This document shows positions 1 to 11,536 of a DNA stretch of 64,000 bases, in pieces (position 1 is the first letter of the stretch; the number at the start of each line of letters is the position of its first letter). The position numbers and the translations under genes were made by a program. Location of the stretch: contig CBDEUS010000001.1 of NCBI GenBank assembly GCA_965243395.1, positions 1,152,001-1,216,000 on the forward strand, given 5' to 3'. This DNA is from Gammaproteobacteria bacterium. Its GTDB lineage: Bacteria; Pseudomonadota; Gammaproteobacteria; UBA4575. Under the pieces are notes generated by a model that saw only the letters and a program-made list of their open reading frames with translations, searched no databases and was not told where the DNA came from.

Positions 1-284
1 TTTCCCCATGGATCCACCAAACTATCCATACCAATATCTGCGAGCGAATTAGGCAGCGCCTGATTATCCAAAAAATAGTCATCTAGCACTACTTCTATCA
101 TGGCAATATCTTGGACTGCTTGTTGTGATTCTGCACGTTTACCATAATCTTGGTAGGCAGGTACGGCCACCATACTGATCACACCTATTACTGCTAAAGC
201 AATCATTAACTCAAGAATAGTGACCCCCCAGATTTTGTATCGTCGGGCAGTACAATCCGAATTGAAATATAATTTCTTTTCCAT
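1..284 (-). CDS. Prepilin-type N-terminal cleavage/methylation protein (GspG-like pseudopilin or type IV pilin), truncated by the window edge
   Basis: Not in the ORF track. Manual translation from ATG at 284: MEKKLYFNSDCTARRYKIWG|VTILELMIALAVIGVISMVAVPAYQDY...LPNSLADIGMDSLVDPWG. Class III signal with E+5, hydrophobic helix, DPWG motif. Confidence 0.8.
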   Translation of the reverse strand, partial: MEKKLYFNSDCTARRYKIWGVTILELMIALAVIGVISMVAVPAYQDYGKRAESQQAVQDIAMIEVVLDDYFLDNQALPNSLADIGMDSLVDPWG

Positions 285-540
285 AAAGAAATGTTCTTGT
301 GTCTTCCGTGTATTATTAAAAAGTTTATATTTGAATACTTTAGCTTACTTTATCTGCCTATTTGCTTAGAAATTGAGTAGACACACAATATTAATGTAAT
401 GGTAGGTTTACAAATAGACGAATGGTCTGAATTTCAGCATAAATGGCATTGTGTAAATTCATTTATAACTATCAATTTTTTATATGTAAAAATAAAACGA
501 GATGCATATAACAAAATAACGGAGATATCAGAAAATTTAT

Positions 541-650
541 CCGGAGATATTGATTCGTTTCATCCATGACATTCAATTCTCACTTGCGTCGCTAACGCAG
601 CGCCCTAATTTACTGTCCTGCAAATTTGTCGAGTATGGGTTTTCATCCAT
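541..650 (-). repeat. Degenerate RtT-like tRNA-linked repeat downstream of tRNA-Arg
   Basis: Minus strand GGATGAAAACCCATACTCGACAAATTTGCAGGACAGTAAATT parallels the element after tRNA-Ser; it ends in AATATCTCCGG, close to the tRNA-Arg 3' end AATCTCTCCGG. Confidence 0.4.
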
Positions 651-664
651 ACCTTGGACAACAT

Positions 665-696
665 AAAAAAGGTCTACTTTTTGAGTAGACCTTTTT
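665..696. terminator. Intrinsic terminator (bidirectional) after tRNA-Arg
   Basis: AAAAAAGGTCTAC-ttttttga-like loop-GTAGACCTTTTT inverted repeat with A/T tracts. Confidence 0.75.
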
Positions 697-753
697 GATT
701 ATTAAGCATCGCTTCGCGATTATTAATTTGCGACTAATACCCAGTCGCATGTG

Positions 754-830
754 TGGCGCGCCCGGAGAGATTCGAACTCCCGACCGCTCGGTTCGTAGCC
801 GAGTACTCTATCCAGCTGAGCTACGGGCGC
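754..830 (-). tRNA. tRNA-Arg(ACG)
   Basis: GCGCCCGTAGCTCAGCTGGATAGAGTACTCGGCT-ACG-AACCGAGCGGTCGGGAGTTCGAATCTCTCCGGGCGCGCCA; 77 nt cloverleaf with encoded CCA. Confidence 0.97.
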
Positions 831-914
831 ATAATTTGAAGCCGGCGATTATAACGAATAACCCGATTAGAATTACATATATTAATAGGTATTCGATATA
901 CTCTCGTTCAAATC

Positions 915-1045
<131 letters not shown>

Positions 1046-1055
1046 TTAACAGGGT

Positions 1056-1162
1056 TGGGTGAGAACACTCGAAGGTTCGACAAAATTGCTTGGAGCAATT
1101 TTGAACATCGCCACAGGCGATGGCCCGAAGGGCAAAATACAGGGAAGTATTTTTGTAATCCC
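1056..1162 (+). repeat. RtT-like tRNA-linked structured repeat
   Basis: GGTGAGAAC..GAAGGTTCGAC, hairpins CAAAATTGCT/AGCAATTTTG and CATCGCC/GGCGATG, then GCCCGAAGGGC...GTAATCCC; same layout as the E. coli rtT repeat. Confidence 0.6.
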
Positions 1163-1177
1163 GAATAGATTACTTAA

Positions 1178-1393
1178 ATGAATACTCTTACACCTTTGCA
1201 AACTTTCCTGCTGGGAATTCTACAATTAGCAGTGGGTATAGGAATTTTATTTTTACCCTTGCATATTCATGTCATCGGGTGGGTATTAATTTTATTTGGG
1301 TCAATGACCATTTTCATTGCCATTTACTTATGGTTTAACGTCATACTTAACCGTGCAGCAACAAGATCTTCCGAAAAAAATCAGAATAATTGA
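1178..1393 (+). CDS. Small hypothetical membrane protein (2 TM)
   Basis: 71 aa ORF with two hydrophobic segments filling the gap before csrA. Confidence 0.6.
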   Translation: MNTLTPLQTFLLGILQLAVGIGILFLPLHIHVIGWVLILFGSMTIFIAIYLWFNVILNRAATRSSEKNQNN

Positions 1394-1484
1394 AACATCT
1401 ACAATGAATTTAAAGAAGTATTTAAATCAGAGATTAAACAGTTTGTATAAAGAGTGTTAAAAACTAACTATCGCAAATCAACAA

Positions 1485-1676
1485 TTAACCAGTTGACTCA
1501 TTCACATTAGTTTTTTCACGCTTTATGCGCTCATAGATTTCTTCACGATGCACTGCAACATCGCGTGGAGCATTTACTCCAATACGCACCTGATTACCCT
1601 TAACTCCTAACACTGTGACGGTTACATCATCACCAATCATCAGTGTTTCACCAACTCTCCTGGTCAAAATCAGCAT
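1485..1676 (-). CDS. csrA: Carbon storage regulator CsrA
   Basis: [37 protein letters not shown]...VHREEIY; alaS-lysC-csrA synteny. Confidence 0.98.
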   Translation of the reverse strand: MLILTRRVGETLMIGDDVTVTVLGVKGNQVRIGVNAPRDVAVHREEIYERIKREKTNVNESTG

Positions 1677-1807
1677 TCCCGATCTCCTAGATAGTCCGTT
1701 TTTATTTTTATTTAGTTCACCAATGAAACTATCAACATTTACAGTTGATGATTTCTCCTATGGTTTCTCTCCTTACTAAAGCTGTTTTGTTATTATTAAC
1801 GTTGGCC

Positions 1808-3043
1808 CTATCCTTCCTCCATCGCTTGGCTTAGATCAAATGCCTCATGCAAAGTTCTAACTCCAAGTTCGAGATATTTCTCCTCAATCACCACTGAAAT
1901 CTTGATTTCAGAGGTCGAAATCATGAGGATATTTATCTTCTCATTGGCCAGAGCTTCGAACATTCTACTCGCAATTCCGGCGTGTGACCTCATTCCTACG
2001 CCAACAATTGACAATTTAACGATGTTTGGATCCCCTCCTACCTTGCCACCACCAAGCTTTTTAGCAGTATTTTCAAGTATTTTCAGTGCTTTATCATAGT
2101 CATTTCTATGAACGGTAAAAGTGAAATCAGTGGTGTCATTACTGCCTATATTTTGCACAATCATGTCAACTTCGATGTTTTCCGACGAAATTGGACCCAA
2201 AATATGCGCCGCCACGCCTGGCTGGTCAGGCACTTCTTTTATGGTCAATTGAGCCTCATCGCTATTAAATGCGATGCCTGAGATCAATGGATCTTCCATG
2301 CTGTCATCCTCATAGGTTATTAAAGTACCCGGACCTTCTTCAAAAGATGAAAGTACTCTTAGTGGTACATCATACTTACCTGCAAACTCAACCGCACGAA
2401 TTTGCAAAACCTTTGAACCTAAGCTAGCCATTTCTAGCATTTCTTCAAATGTAATTCTGTTTAATCTACGCGCATTTGGTTCAACACGTGGATCAGTTGT
2501 GTAAACACCATCGACATCTGTGTAGATTTGACATTCATCCGCTTTAACAGCTGCCGCTAATGCCACTGCAGTTGTATCTGATCCGCCGCGTCCGAGAGTT
2601 GTAATGTTGCCTTCGTCATCTACGCCTTGAAATCCTGCAACAACCACGACATTGCCATCATCTAATAATTTTTTAAGACGTTTCGCATCAATGTCCTGAA
2701 TACGGGCTTTATTGAACTTATTATCCGTACGAATATTCAGTTGCCCACCTGTGCAAGATACTGCATCATAATTCCTTTTTTGCAATGCCATCGAAAGTAA
2801 TGCAATGGTTACCTGTTCACCCGTTGATACTAATACATCTAACTCACGGCCAGAGGGGGTTTTTGTTTCCTGTACTTGTTCAGCCAAACCTATTAATCGG
2901 TTAGTTTCTCCGCTCATAGCCGATACCACTACTACAACTTGGTTTCCTTGTTTTTTTGTAGCAATTACTTTTTCAGCTACTGCTTCGATACGTTCAACCG
3001 TCCCGACTGATGTACCGCCAAATTTTTGTACAATTAGCGCCAT
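1808..3043 (-). CDS. lysC: Aspartate kinase
   Basis: VQKFGGTSV, TTLGRGGSDTTA, two C-terminal ACT domains. Confidence 0.96.
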   Translation of the reverse strand: MALIVQKFGGTSVGTVERIEAVAEKVIATKKQGNQVVVVVSAMSGETNRLIGLAEQVQETKTPSGRELDVLVSTGEQVTIALLSMALQKRNYDAVSCTGGQLNIRTDNKFNKARIQDIDAKRLKKLLDDGNVVVVAGFQGVDDEGNITTLGRGGSDTTAVALAAAVKADECQIYTDVDGVYTTDPRVEPNARRLNRITFEEMLEMASLGSKVLQIRAVEFAGKYDVPLRVLSSFEEGPGTLITYEDDSMEDPLISGIAFNSDEAQLTIKEVPDQPGVAAHILGPISSENIEVDMIVQNIGSNDTTDFTFTVHRNDYDKALKILENTAKKLGGGKVGGDPNIVKLSIVGVGMRSHAGIASRMFEALANEKINILMISTSEIKISVVIEEKYLELGVRTLHEAFDLSQAMEEG

Positions 3044-3137
3044 GCCTGATAGCTATCCCTGATAGTTTTGTTGCCTTTAGAGTTTTTATTAAAAAAATGA
3101 GCCGTGATTCTAATGATCAGGCCATAGTATTACTAGA

Positions 3138-5735
3138 CTAAAGATTGGCTCGAATCCAATCTGGCACTGACTTGAGAGCTGAATCAAGTTTTGCAGGATC
3201 ATTACCTCCAGCTTGCGCCATATCAGGGCGCCCACCTCCCTTACCGCCTACTTGTACCGCAACCGCATTAACCAAATCACCCGCTTTAATGCGGTTTGTT
3301 TGATCCTTGGTTACACCGGCTATTAAACTGACTTTACTACCATTACTCGTACCCAACACAATTGCAGCACTGCCAAGCTTACTTTTAAGTTGATCCAGGG
3401 TATCGCGTAATGACTTTGGATCCGCTCCTTCGATCTTTTGTGCGAGCACTTTAATACCTTCAATTTCAACGGCAGCACCTGCAAGATCACTTCCGGCTTG
3501 TGATGCCAGTTTAGTCTTCAATTGATCAAGTTCTTTTTCTAATGTGCGGTTTCGTTCAACTAGCTGAACAACTTTATCTTTAGCTTCGGACTTAGAGGAT
3601 TTAACGGCATCGGCGATATCTGCTAAACGATGTTCATTTTCTTTAATCCACTGTAAAGCACCTTCACCCGTTACTGCTTCGATTCGGCGAATACCTGAAG
3701 CAATTCCTGATTCAGAAATAATTTTAAAGATTCCAATGTCTCCAGCACGTTTTACATGAGTACCACCACAAAGCTCTACAGAAAAATCTCCAATTGAAAG
3801 TACACGAACCTCATCTCCATACTTTTCGCCAAATAATGCCATCGCACCTGCTTCCAATGCTTTATCTTTAGACATAATGCTTGCGGAAGCTTCAGTATTA
3901 AATCGAATTTGTTGATTCACAATATCTTCAATCTGTTGTAATTCTTTTTCACTAATGGAAGCATCATGTGAAAAATCAAAACGCAAACGATCAGGCGCTA
4001 CAAGAGAACCTTTTTGTTGTACATGTGTGCCCAAAACTTGACGAAGCGCCGCATGCATTAAGTGTGTTGCAGAATGATTCAGTACCGTGGCTTGACGATG
4101 TGCAATATCAGCTTGTGCATTTACCTTATCCCCAACCTTTAAAGTACCAGTCGCTAGTTTGCCAATATGCGCATGTGCGTTGCCTTGTTTTTGAGTATCG
4201 TTCACTTCAAATTTAGAATTTTCATTCGTGATAAAACCAATGTCGCCTACCTGGCCACCGGACTCAGCATAAAATGGAGTTTGATTGAGAATCACTAGTC
4301 CTGATTCATCTTGGTTAATTTCTTTTACACTTTTATTATCTACAAAAATTTCTTCAACGACTGCACTATCCTGAATATGTTCATAGCCCGTAAACTCGGA
4401 ACTTGTTTTAACTTCTATAGAAGCATCGTAATCAACATCAAATCGACTTGCCTGACGCCCACGCTCGCGCTGAGCTTCCATTTGTTTATCAAAGCCCGCT
4501 TGATCAATTTTTAAATTTTGTTCGCGAGCAACATCCGCAGTTAAATCTGCCGGGAACCCATAAGTGTCATATAACTTAAATACTGTTTCACCCGAAATTG
4601 TGTCGCCTTTCAAACCTTTAATATCATCTTGTAAAATTCGCATGCCTTGATGCAGGGTTTCATTAAAGCGTTGTTCTTCATTTTCTAAAACTTTTTCAAT
4701 ACGAGATTGAGCATCAATTAACTCAGCATAGGCTGAACCCATGTTATCCACTAAGGGTTGTACTAACTTATAGAAAAATGGCTCGGTGATACCTATCTTA
4801 TTGCCATGACGTGCAGCGCGACGAATGATGCGTCGCAATACATAACCCCGACCTTCATTTGATGGAATAACACCATCCATAACCAAAAAACTACATGAGC
4901 GTATATGGTCTGCTATTACGCGTAACGATGCTAATGAAGCATTCTTATCTTTCGCAATTTCTGCAGCGGTTTGAATTATCCCCGTAAATAAATCCGTATC
5001 ATAATTATTACTAACTCCTTGCATGATCGCTGCAAGACGCTCCAACCCCATACCTGTATCTACAGATGGCTTTGGTAATGGATTTAAATTATTTTGTTTA
5101 TCACGCTCATATTGCATGAAAACAAGATTCCAGATTTCGACGTAACGATCTCCATCTTCTTCCGGTGTACCGGGAGGGCCGCCTTGAACTTTGTCGCCAT
5201 GATCATAAAATATTTCTGTGCATGGACCGCATGGACCAGTATCTCCCATGGCCCAAAAGTTATCTTTCGCGCCAATGCGAGCAAGCTTGTTTGAATCTAC
5301 TTTTATTTCATTTAACCAAATATCAGCCGCTTCATCGTCTTCTTCAAAAACCGTGACCCATAACTTTTCTTCTGGCAAACCTACAACCTTGGTGAGAAAC
5401 TCCCAGGCATAATGAATCGCTTCTTTTTTAAAATAGTCTCCGAAACTAAAATTTCCCAGCATTTCGAAAAAAGTATGGTGCCTTGCAGTGTAACCAACAT
5501 TTTCTAGATCATTATGTTTGCCTCCCGCACGTACACAACGCTGGCTCGATACTGCACGTGAATAATTCGTAGCTTCCTTACCCAGAAAAACATCTTTGAA
5601 TTGCACCATGCCCGCATTGGTAAATAACAATGTAGGGTCATTTCCGGGCACCAGCGGGCTGGAAGGCACAACCTCATGGCCATGCTCTTTGAAGTAATTC
5701 AAAAATGCACTGCGAAGTTCTGAACTAAGTTCCAT
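3138..5735 (-). CDS. alaS: Alanine--tRNA ligase
   Basis: [33 protein letters not shown], editing-domain HSATH/ELCGGTH, C-terminal [17 protein letters not shown] 5735 preferred over 5744. Confidence 0.98.
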   Translation of the reverse strand: MELSSELRSAFLNYFKEHGHEVVPSSPLVPGNDPTLLFTNAGMVQFKDVFLGKEATNYSRAVSSQRCVRAGGKHNDLENVGYTARHHTFFEMLGNFSFGDYFKKEAIHYAWEFLTKVVGLPEEKLWVTVFEEDDEAADIWLNEIKVDSNKLARIGAKDNFWAMGDTGPCGPCTEIFYDHGDKVQGGPPGTPEEDGDRYVEIWNLVFMQYERDKQNNLNPLPKPSVDTGMGLERLAAIMQGVSNNYDTDLFTGIIQTAAEIAKDKNASLASLRVIADHIRSCSFLVMDGVIPSNEGRGYVLRRIIRRAARHGNKIGITEPFFYKLVQPLVDNMGSAYAELIDAQSRIEKVLENEEQRFNETLHQGMRILQDDIKGLKGDTISGETVFKLYDTYGFPADLTADVAREQNLKIDQAGFDKQMEAQRERGRQASRFDVDYDASIEVKTSSEFTGYEHIQDSAVVEEIFVDNKSVKEINQDESGLVILNQTPFYAESGGQVGDIGFITNENSKFEVNDTQKQGNAHAHIGKLATGTLKVGDKVNAQADIAHRQATVLNHSATHLMHAALRQVLGTHVQQKGSLVAPDRLRFDFSHDASISEKELQQIEDIVNQQIRFNTEASASIMSKDKALEAGAMALFGEKYGDEVRVLSIGDFSVELCGGTHVKRAGDIGIFKIISESGIASGIRRIEAVTGEGALQWIKENEHRLADIADAVKSSKSEAKDKVVQLVERNRTLEKELDQLKTKLASQAGSDLAGAAVEIEGIKVLAQKIEGADPKSLRDTLDQLKSKLGSAAIVLGTSNGSKVSLIAGVTKDQTNRIKAGDLVNAVAVQVGGKGGGRPDMAQAGGNDPAKLDSALKSVPDWIRANL

Positions 5736-5792
5736 ATTAGTCACAACAGACGCTTCCTTTAGCGCCGTAGATAAAGTTTATGATCTGAAGGT

Positions 5793-6296
5793 TTACCCAA
5801 AATGGGCAAATGTTTTTTGGATTATATCACCAGTAAAGCCACGCGACTGAAGGAAACGCATACGTTTCGCCCGTTCATTGGCTGATTCTAATGCTTTTGC
5901 AGCAAACTTTTTTTCATAAGCTTGATAAGCCGTGTCTAACCAGATTTCATCGTTGAACTCGACAAAATCATCAACGAGCTCAGATGAAACTCCCCGTTGC
6001 TGAAGTTCCTGCTTAATTTTTAACGGACCATAACCACGATTGCGACGCATGTTTACATAACTTTCCGCATAGCGTTCATCACTTTGCAATCCTTCTTGGA
6101 TGAGCGTTTCCAATAACTCTTCAATTTCGATATCGGAAAAATCTTTCGCTTTAAGTTTTTGTGAAAGTTCCAGGCGTGTATGTTCACGCCTGGCTAAGAT
6201 ATCAAGAGCGGTATTACGTACAGAACGCTGCGACTTGTCAGAATTAGGCTTCAGTCGCTTCTTCCTTTTCCTGGCCTTCGAGTTCGGCTTCAGCAT
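5793..6296 (-). CDS. recX: Regulatory protein RecX
   Basis: [34 protein letters not shown]; downstream of and overlapping recA. Confidence 0.92.
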   Translation of the reverse strand: MLKPNSKARKRKKRLKPNSDKSQRSVRNTALDILARREHTRLELSQKLKAKDFSDIEIEELLETLIQEGLQSDERYAESYVNMRRNRGYGPLKIKQELQQRGVSSELVDDFVEFNDEIWLDTAYQAYEKKFAAKALESANERAKRMRFLQSRGFTGDIIQKTFAHFG

Positions 6297-7305
6297 CCTG
6301 ATTTATATCTTCGTCACTCGGTAACAACTGCGCACGCAATTTTTCTTCAATTTCTTGCGCCATTTCAGGATTCTCTTTTAGATAAGCACGTGCGTTTTCC
6401 TTGCCTTGGCCGATACGTTCGCCATCATAGCTGTACCATGAGCCTGCCTTGTCTACCAAGTTATGTTCCACGCCCATATCGATTATTTCTCCCAAGCGTG
6501 AAATTCCCTCGCCATATAAAATTTCGAATTCTGCTTTTTTAAATGGCGGTGCAAGTTTATTTTTAACAACTTTAACACGCGTTTCATTTCCTAAAATTTC
6601 ATCGCCTTTCTTAATCGAGCCGATACGACGAATATCTAAACGCACCGAAGAATAAAACTTTAATGCATTACCACCGGTTGTAGTCTCCGGACTACCAAAC
6701 ATTACACCAATCTTCATACGAATTTGATTAATGAAAATCACCATCGTATTGGAGCGTTTAATATTGCCTGTAAGCTTCCGAAGCGCTTGTGACATTAATC
6801 GTGCTTGCAAGCCCATGTGCGAGTCACCCATGTCACCTTCAATTTCTGCTCGCGGCGTAAGTGCAGCAACCGAATCCACCACCACAATGTCCACCGCACC
6901 TGAACGGACCAACATATCTGTAATCTCCAGTGCTTGTTCACCAGTATCTGGTTGTGAAACCAGGAGATCATCGACATTAACGCCAATTTTTTCTGCATAG
7001 ACGGGGTCCAATGCATGTTCTGCATCTACAAAGGCTGCGGTTCCACCCTGTTTTTGACACTCTGCAATGGCTTGTAATGTAAGTGTCGTTTTACCTGAAG
7101 ATTCTGGACCGTAAATTTCAATTACACGACCTTTTGGCAAACCGCCTACACCAAGTGCAATATCCAAGGCAAGCGAACCTGTTGAAACTACTTCAATATC
7201 GCGAGCCGCAGTAGAATCGCCCAAACGCATTACTGCACCTTTGCCAAATTGTCTTTCTATTTGACCCAACGCGGCCACTAGTGCTTTTTTACGATTTTCG
7301 TCCAC
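6244..7305 (-). CDS. recA: Recombinase RecA
   Basis: GPESSGKTT Walker [30 protein letters not shown]. Confidence 0.99.
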   Translation of the reverse strand: MDENRKKALVAALGQIERQFGKGAVMRLGDSTAARDIEVVSTGSLALDIALGVGGLPKGRVIEIYGPESSGKTTLTLQAIAECQKQGGTAAFVDAEHALDPVYAEKIGVNVDDLLVSQPDTGEQALEITDMLVRSGAVDIVVVDSVAALTPRAEIEGDMGDSHMGLQARLMSQALRKLTGNIKRSNTMVIFINQIRMKIGVMFGSPETTTGGNALKFYSSVRLDIRRIGSIKKGDEILGNETRVKVVKNKLAPPFKKAEFEILYGEGISRLGEIIDMGVEHNLVDKAGSWYSYDGERIGQGKENARAYLKENPEMAQEIEEKLRAQLLPSDEDINQDAEAELEGQEKEEATEA

Positions 7306-7388
7306 TGCTCACCTCTATAGTTATGAAAAGTTATTCTTACTTAATAATAGTGGCACATTCGAAGTGTTAAGAACACTTAGTAATTAAA

Positions 7389-7919
7389 TTAATCCTCTTC
7401 TAAAAACGAATGTGTCTTTAGCACATTATATCGAGTTGAATTTTCATGCGGAACTGACTCTAGTAAATGAAATTCTGTAGCGCGCCAAGTAATCGTAAAA
7501 GGTTTTTGTGGAAACTCTGCTTTGGGAACTTTTTTAAATAAAGTAATGTGAGGTTTATAAATACGATCATCAATTTTTGCACCACAACTTTCTGCTATAG
7601 ATTTTAGATGGTTAACCAACCTAATTAATTCTCTAGGATAAGAAGAACAGCCAAGCCACAATGTTTGAGAAGACTTAAAATATCCATATAAATCGAAACG
7701 CATCGAAAACGACTGAACAAATGTTTGCAACATCTTTTGTTCCAGACACTTACGTTCATTTGCTTCCAAATAACCTAAAAATTGCAAAGTAATATGCAGA
7801 TTATCTTTAGGTACAGGTCGCACACCTTTTATTATTGGAAAGGTTCTTGAATGCTCGATCAAATGTTGATGAGTATCCTCATCTGGCAACAATCCAAAAA
7901 ACAGTCGCTTTTTAGCCAT
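7389..7919 (-). CDS. thpR: RNA 2',3'-cyclic phosphodiesterase (2H family)
   Basis: RLFFGL start and two HxT motifs (LHITL, PHITL). Confidence 0.9.
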   Translation of the reverse strand: MAKKRLFFGLLPDEDTHQHLIEHSRTFPIIKGVRPVPKDNLHITLQFLGYLEANERKCLEQKMLQTFVQSFSMRFDLYGYFKSSQTLWLGCSSYPRELIRLVNHLKSIAESCGAKIDDRIYKPHITLFKKVPKAEFPQKPFTITWRATEFHLLESVPHENSTRYNVLKTHSFLEED

Positions 7920-8394
7920 TCAGCCTCTCCAGTAAAAGCTTGATAGCTGCTTGAGCACTTTGTTCGCGTATCGATTGTCGATCCCCATGAAAATGATGTA
8001 ACACTGCTTGGACAGAATAATCCTTCTTTGATGTACCTATATATACAGTTCCTACTGGTTTTTCAGCCGTACCGCCACTAGGGCCGGCTACTCCTGTAAT
8101 CGAAGCACTCAAATCAGCATTGCTATGAGTCAGAACTCCCAAGGCCATTTGCTTGGCAACTTCTGCACTCACCGCACCATATTTATTAAGTACATTAGCT
8201 TCTACGTCTAACATTTTAATTTTAGAAGCATTACTATAAGTCACAAACCCGCATTCAAACCATTTTGAACTGCCGCTCAAGGCCGTGAATTGCTGTGCCA
8301 ATAATCCTCCGGTGCAAGACTCAGCTACTGCTACAGTTGAATTATTCGCGATCAATTGATTAGCCAACTGTTCGATTTGATCCTTATACGACAC
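7912..8394 (-). CDS. pncC: CinA C-terminal family NMN deamidase
   Basis: AESCTGG, GSSKWF, VTYSN, GAVS, ITGVAGPSGG. Confidence 0.92.
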   Translation of the reverse strand: MSYKDQIEQLANQLIANNSTVAVAESCTGGLLAQQFTALSGSSKWFECGFVTYSNASKIKMLDVEANVLNKYGAVSAEVAKQMALGVLTHSNADLSASITGVAGPSGGTAEKPVGTVYIGTSKKDYSVQAVLHHFHGDRQSIREQSAQAAIKLLLERLNG

Positions 8395-8487
8395 CTATCG
8401 CGACTCCCCTTCCACTACATTAATTATTCTAATTATTTGGATACTAATTGAGCTGCCTAAAAAAGCGAACTTCGCTAGACTGCGATT

Positions 8488-11043
8488 ATGATCGCACGTC
8501 CCCCAATTAAACATACCCCCATGATGCAACAGTATTTACGCATCAAAGCAGAATATCCAGATATGTTGCTTTTTTACCGCATGGGCGATTTCTTCGAATT
8601 GTTTTTTGAAGATGCAAAAAAAGCAGCCAAGCTTTTAGATCTCACACTCACTTCCCGCAATAAAAACTCTGCTGAAGAAATTCCAATGGCAGGTGTTCCT
8701 GTACATGCAACGGAAGGATATTTAGCCAAACTTTTAAAACTAGGTGAATCTATAGCAATTTGTGATCAGATTGGCGACCCTGCAACAAGCAAAGGTTTAG
8801 TAGAACGTAAAGTCACTCGTGTAATCACACCAGGCACCATCATTGAGGAAGAACTATTAAATAAAAATAAAGAAAATTATTTACTTGCCATCCATATTGC
8901 ACAATCCGCCTATGGCATTGCTTATTTAGACTTAAGCTCTGGTAAATTTATTTTACAAAACTGTGTAACCATTCATGAACTTCATGACGAAATTGAACGT
9001 ATTCAGCCTGCAGAAATACTCATCTCAGAAGATGCTTTAATTAATGTTGATGACAAATTTGCTACACACACGATACCCGCTTGGCACTTTGAAATAGAAT
9101 CCTCAACCAATGCTTTATGCAAACAGTTTGGCACAAAAGATTTGAGTGGATATGGCTGTGATGAATTTCCATTAGCTATATCTGCCGCGGGAGCGGTACT
9201 GCAATATGTTAAAGATACTCAAAAAACTCAATTACCACACATTAGTGGTCTACAAGTCTCTCATCAAGATGAGTATCTCTCGATTGATAGTGTGACACGC
9301 AAAAACCTTGAAATCGAAGTTTCTTCACAAGGGGATGTCAAGCACAGCCTAATTAATGTGTTAGATAAAACAGCTTCAGCAATGGGTTCCCGATGTTTGC
9401 GGACTTGGTTGAATCAGCCGACACGTAATAAAGATATTTTGATTCAACGTCATGCCGCTATATCTGAATTTTTACATTTAAATAGTTATACAGAACTTCA
9501 TAGCCTATTGAGCAATATCAAAGATATTGAACGCATACGAAGTCGTATTGCTTTACAAACTGCACAACCAAGAGATCTGGAAGCACTTCGCACTACTCTG
9601 AAATACATACCGGATATTCAACATCAATTGAATTCATACAACAGTGAACTTTTGACTGAATCAGAAAAATTACTGCACAGACATGAAAACTTAACAAAGT
9701 TCCTTGAAGATGCTTTAAATGACGAATTACCCGCCTTGATACGCGATGGCGGAGTTATAAAAACCAATTACGATCAGGAATTAGATGAGCTACGTGATAT
9801 CAGCACTAATGCAAATCAATTTTTAATTGATTTAGAACAACAAGAAAAAGCTGCCACAAAAATTACAAATTTGAAAGTCTCATATAACCGCATTCATGGT
9901 TATTATATAGAAATCCCTCGCAGTCAAGCCGCTCAAGCTCCTGAACATTACACTCGCAGACAAACACTGAAAAATACTGAACGGTATATCACGCCAGAAT
10001 TAAAAAAGTTTGAAGATAACGTATTAAGTGCCAAAGAACGTGCCTTAAAGCGTGAAAAATATTTATACGATCAGTTATTGCAAAATTTATTAAATGAATT
10101 AAATCTTATTCAAAACTGCGCAAAAGCACTCGCTCAAGTTGATGCCTTGTCAAATTTAGCCGAACGAGCCGCTAACTTAAATTATATACAACCGGATTTC
10201 ACACAAGAGAATCTTATCAATATCGAACAAGGCCGACATCCTGTGCTTGAACAGGTTCAAAACGAGCCATTTACCGCTAACGATGCAAAATTAGATGAAC
10301 AACGAAAATTACTGCTTATTACCGGGCCAAATATGGGAGGCAAGTCTACCTATATGCGCCAAATTGCACTCATTACGTGGTTGGCTTATAGCGGTAGCTT
10401 TGTTCCTGCACAGGCATGTACTATTGGACCGATTGACGCAATCTATACACGCATCGGTGCATCGGACGATCTAAGCTCTGGCCGCTCTACTTTCATGGTG
10501 GAAATGACCGAGGCGGCAAACATTCTAAACAATGCTTCAAGCAAAAGCTTAGTATTAATGGATGAAATAGGTCGAGGCACAAGCACATATGATGGTTTAT
10601 CTCTCGCATGGTCTTGCGCAGAACACCTTAGCGAACATAATCAGTCTTATTGTTTATTTGCCACACATTATTTTGAGCTTACTCAACTCGCAGAATTATT
10701 TGATCGCATACATAATGTACATATTGATGCCATTGAACATAACGGAAAAATAATATTCTTACATGCCGTAAAAGAAGGCCCTGCAAATCAAAGCTATGGA
10801 CTACAAGTAGCACAGCTTGCAGGAATTCCAAAATCGGTTATCGCCACTGCTAAATTAAAGCTAAAGCTATTAGAAACACAAGAAGCTGAAAAAAAGCCCA
10901 GTGATAATCAACTTGGGTTAGCTCTTGAAGAAGAAAGTATCCATCCAAGTGTGGAATATTTAGAAAATATTGATCCTGACGAAATGAGTCCCAAAGAGGC
11001 ATTAGAAGTTATATACAAACTAAAGTCCTTATCTGATTCCTAA
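8488..11043 (+). CDS. mutS: DNA mismatch repair protein MutS
   Basis: [37 protein letters not shown]. Confidence 0.98.
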   Translation: MIARPPIKHTPMMQQYLRIKAEYPDMLLFYRMGDFFELFFEDAKKAAKLLDLTLTSRNKNSAEEIPMAGVPVHATEGYLAKLLKLGESIAICDQIGDPATSKGLVERKVTRVITPGTIIEEELLNKNKENYLLAIHIAQSAYGIAYLDLSSGKFILQNCVTIHELHDEIERIQPAEILISEDALINVDDKFATHTIPAWHFEIESSTNALCKQFGTKDLSGYGCDEFPLAISAAGAVLQYVKDTQKTQLPHISGLQVSHQDEYLSIDSVTRKNLEIEVSSQGDVKHSLINVLDKTASAMGSRCLRTWLNQPTRNKDILIQRHAAISEFLHLNSYTELHSLLSNIKDIERIRSRIALQTAQPRDLEALRTTLKYIPDIQHQLNSYNSELLTESEKLLHRHENLTKFLEDALNDELPALIRDGGVIKTNYDQELDELRDISTNANQFLIDLEQQEKAATKITNLKVSYNRIHGYYIEIPRSQAAQAPEHYTRRQTLKNTERYITPELKKFEDNVLSAKERALKREKYLYDQLLQNLLNELNLIQNCAKALAQVDALSNLAERAANLNYIQPDFTQENLINIEQGRHPVLEQVQNEPFTANDAKLDEQRKLLLITGPNMGGKSTYMRQIALITWLAYSGSFVPAQACTIGPIDAIYTRIGASDDLSSGRSTFMVEMTEAANILNNASSKSLVLMDEIGRGTSTYDGLSLAWSCAEHLSEHNQSYCLFATHYFELTQLAELFDRIHNVHIDAIEHNGKIIFLHAVKEGPANQSYGLQVAQLAGIPKSVIATAKLKLKLLETQEAEKKPSDNQLGLALEEESIHPSVEYLENIDPDEMSPKEALEVIYKLKSLSDS

Positions 11044-11168
11044 TCGTCTTATTATTTGGAAATGTATTTTAGTTTTGATCCCGTACAGACTTTTTACAAC
11101 TTTCTGCATATTTTCACATTCGCATATATTCCCTACAATTTCCTATATATCAATTAATAACTTTAAAT

Positions 11169-11513
11169 ATGACATTTTTAGTAACAGAACCATGTATTAA
11201 ATGTAAATATACGGATTGCGTAGAGGTTTGCCCGGTAGATTGCTTTCATGAAGGTCCTAATATGTTAGTTATCGATCCTGAAGAATGCATCGACTGTGCA
11301 ATGTGTGAAACAGAATGCCCTGTAGAAGCCATTGTGAGCGAAGATGATGTAACAGATGAACAACGAGATTTTCTTGAAATCAATGAGAAATATTCGGCGC
11401 AATGGCCTGTTATTACTAGCATGAAAGCTGCACCTGAAGATGCTGATGACTGGAAAAATGTCAAAGACAAACGGCAATATATTGAATCAACATCAACGAA
11501 TAAATCAGACTAA
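11169..11513 (+). CDS. fdxA: 7Fe-type ferredoxin (Azotobacter FdI-like)
   Basis: [18 protein letters not shown] and [12 protein letters not shown]; mutS-fdxA synteny. Confidence 0.92.
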   Translation: MTFLVTEPCIKCKYTDCVEVCPVDCFHEGPNMLVIDPEECIDCAMCETECPVEAIVSEDDVTDEQRDFLEINEKYSAQWPVITSMKAAPEDADDWKNVKDKRQYIESTSTNKSD

Positions 11514-11536
11514 ATAACCATTTAGAGTAAATTTAT

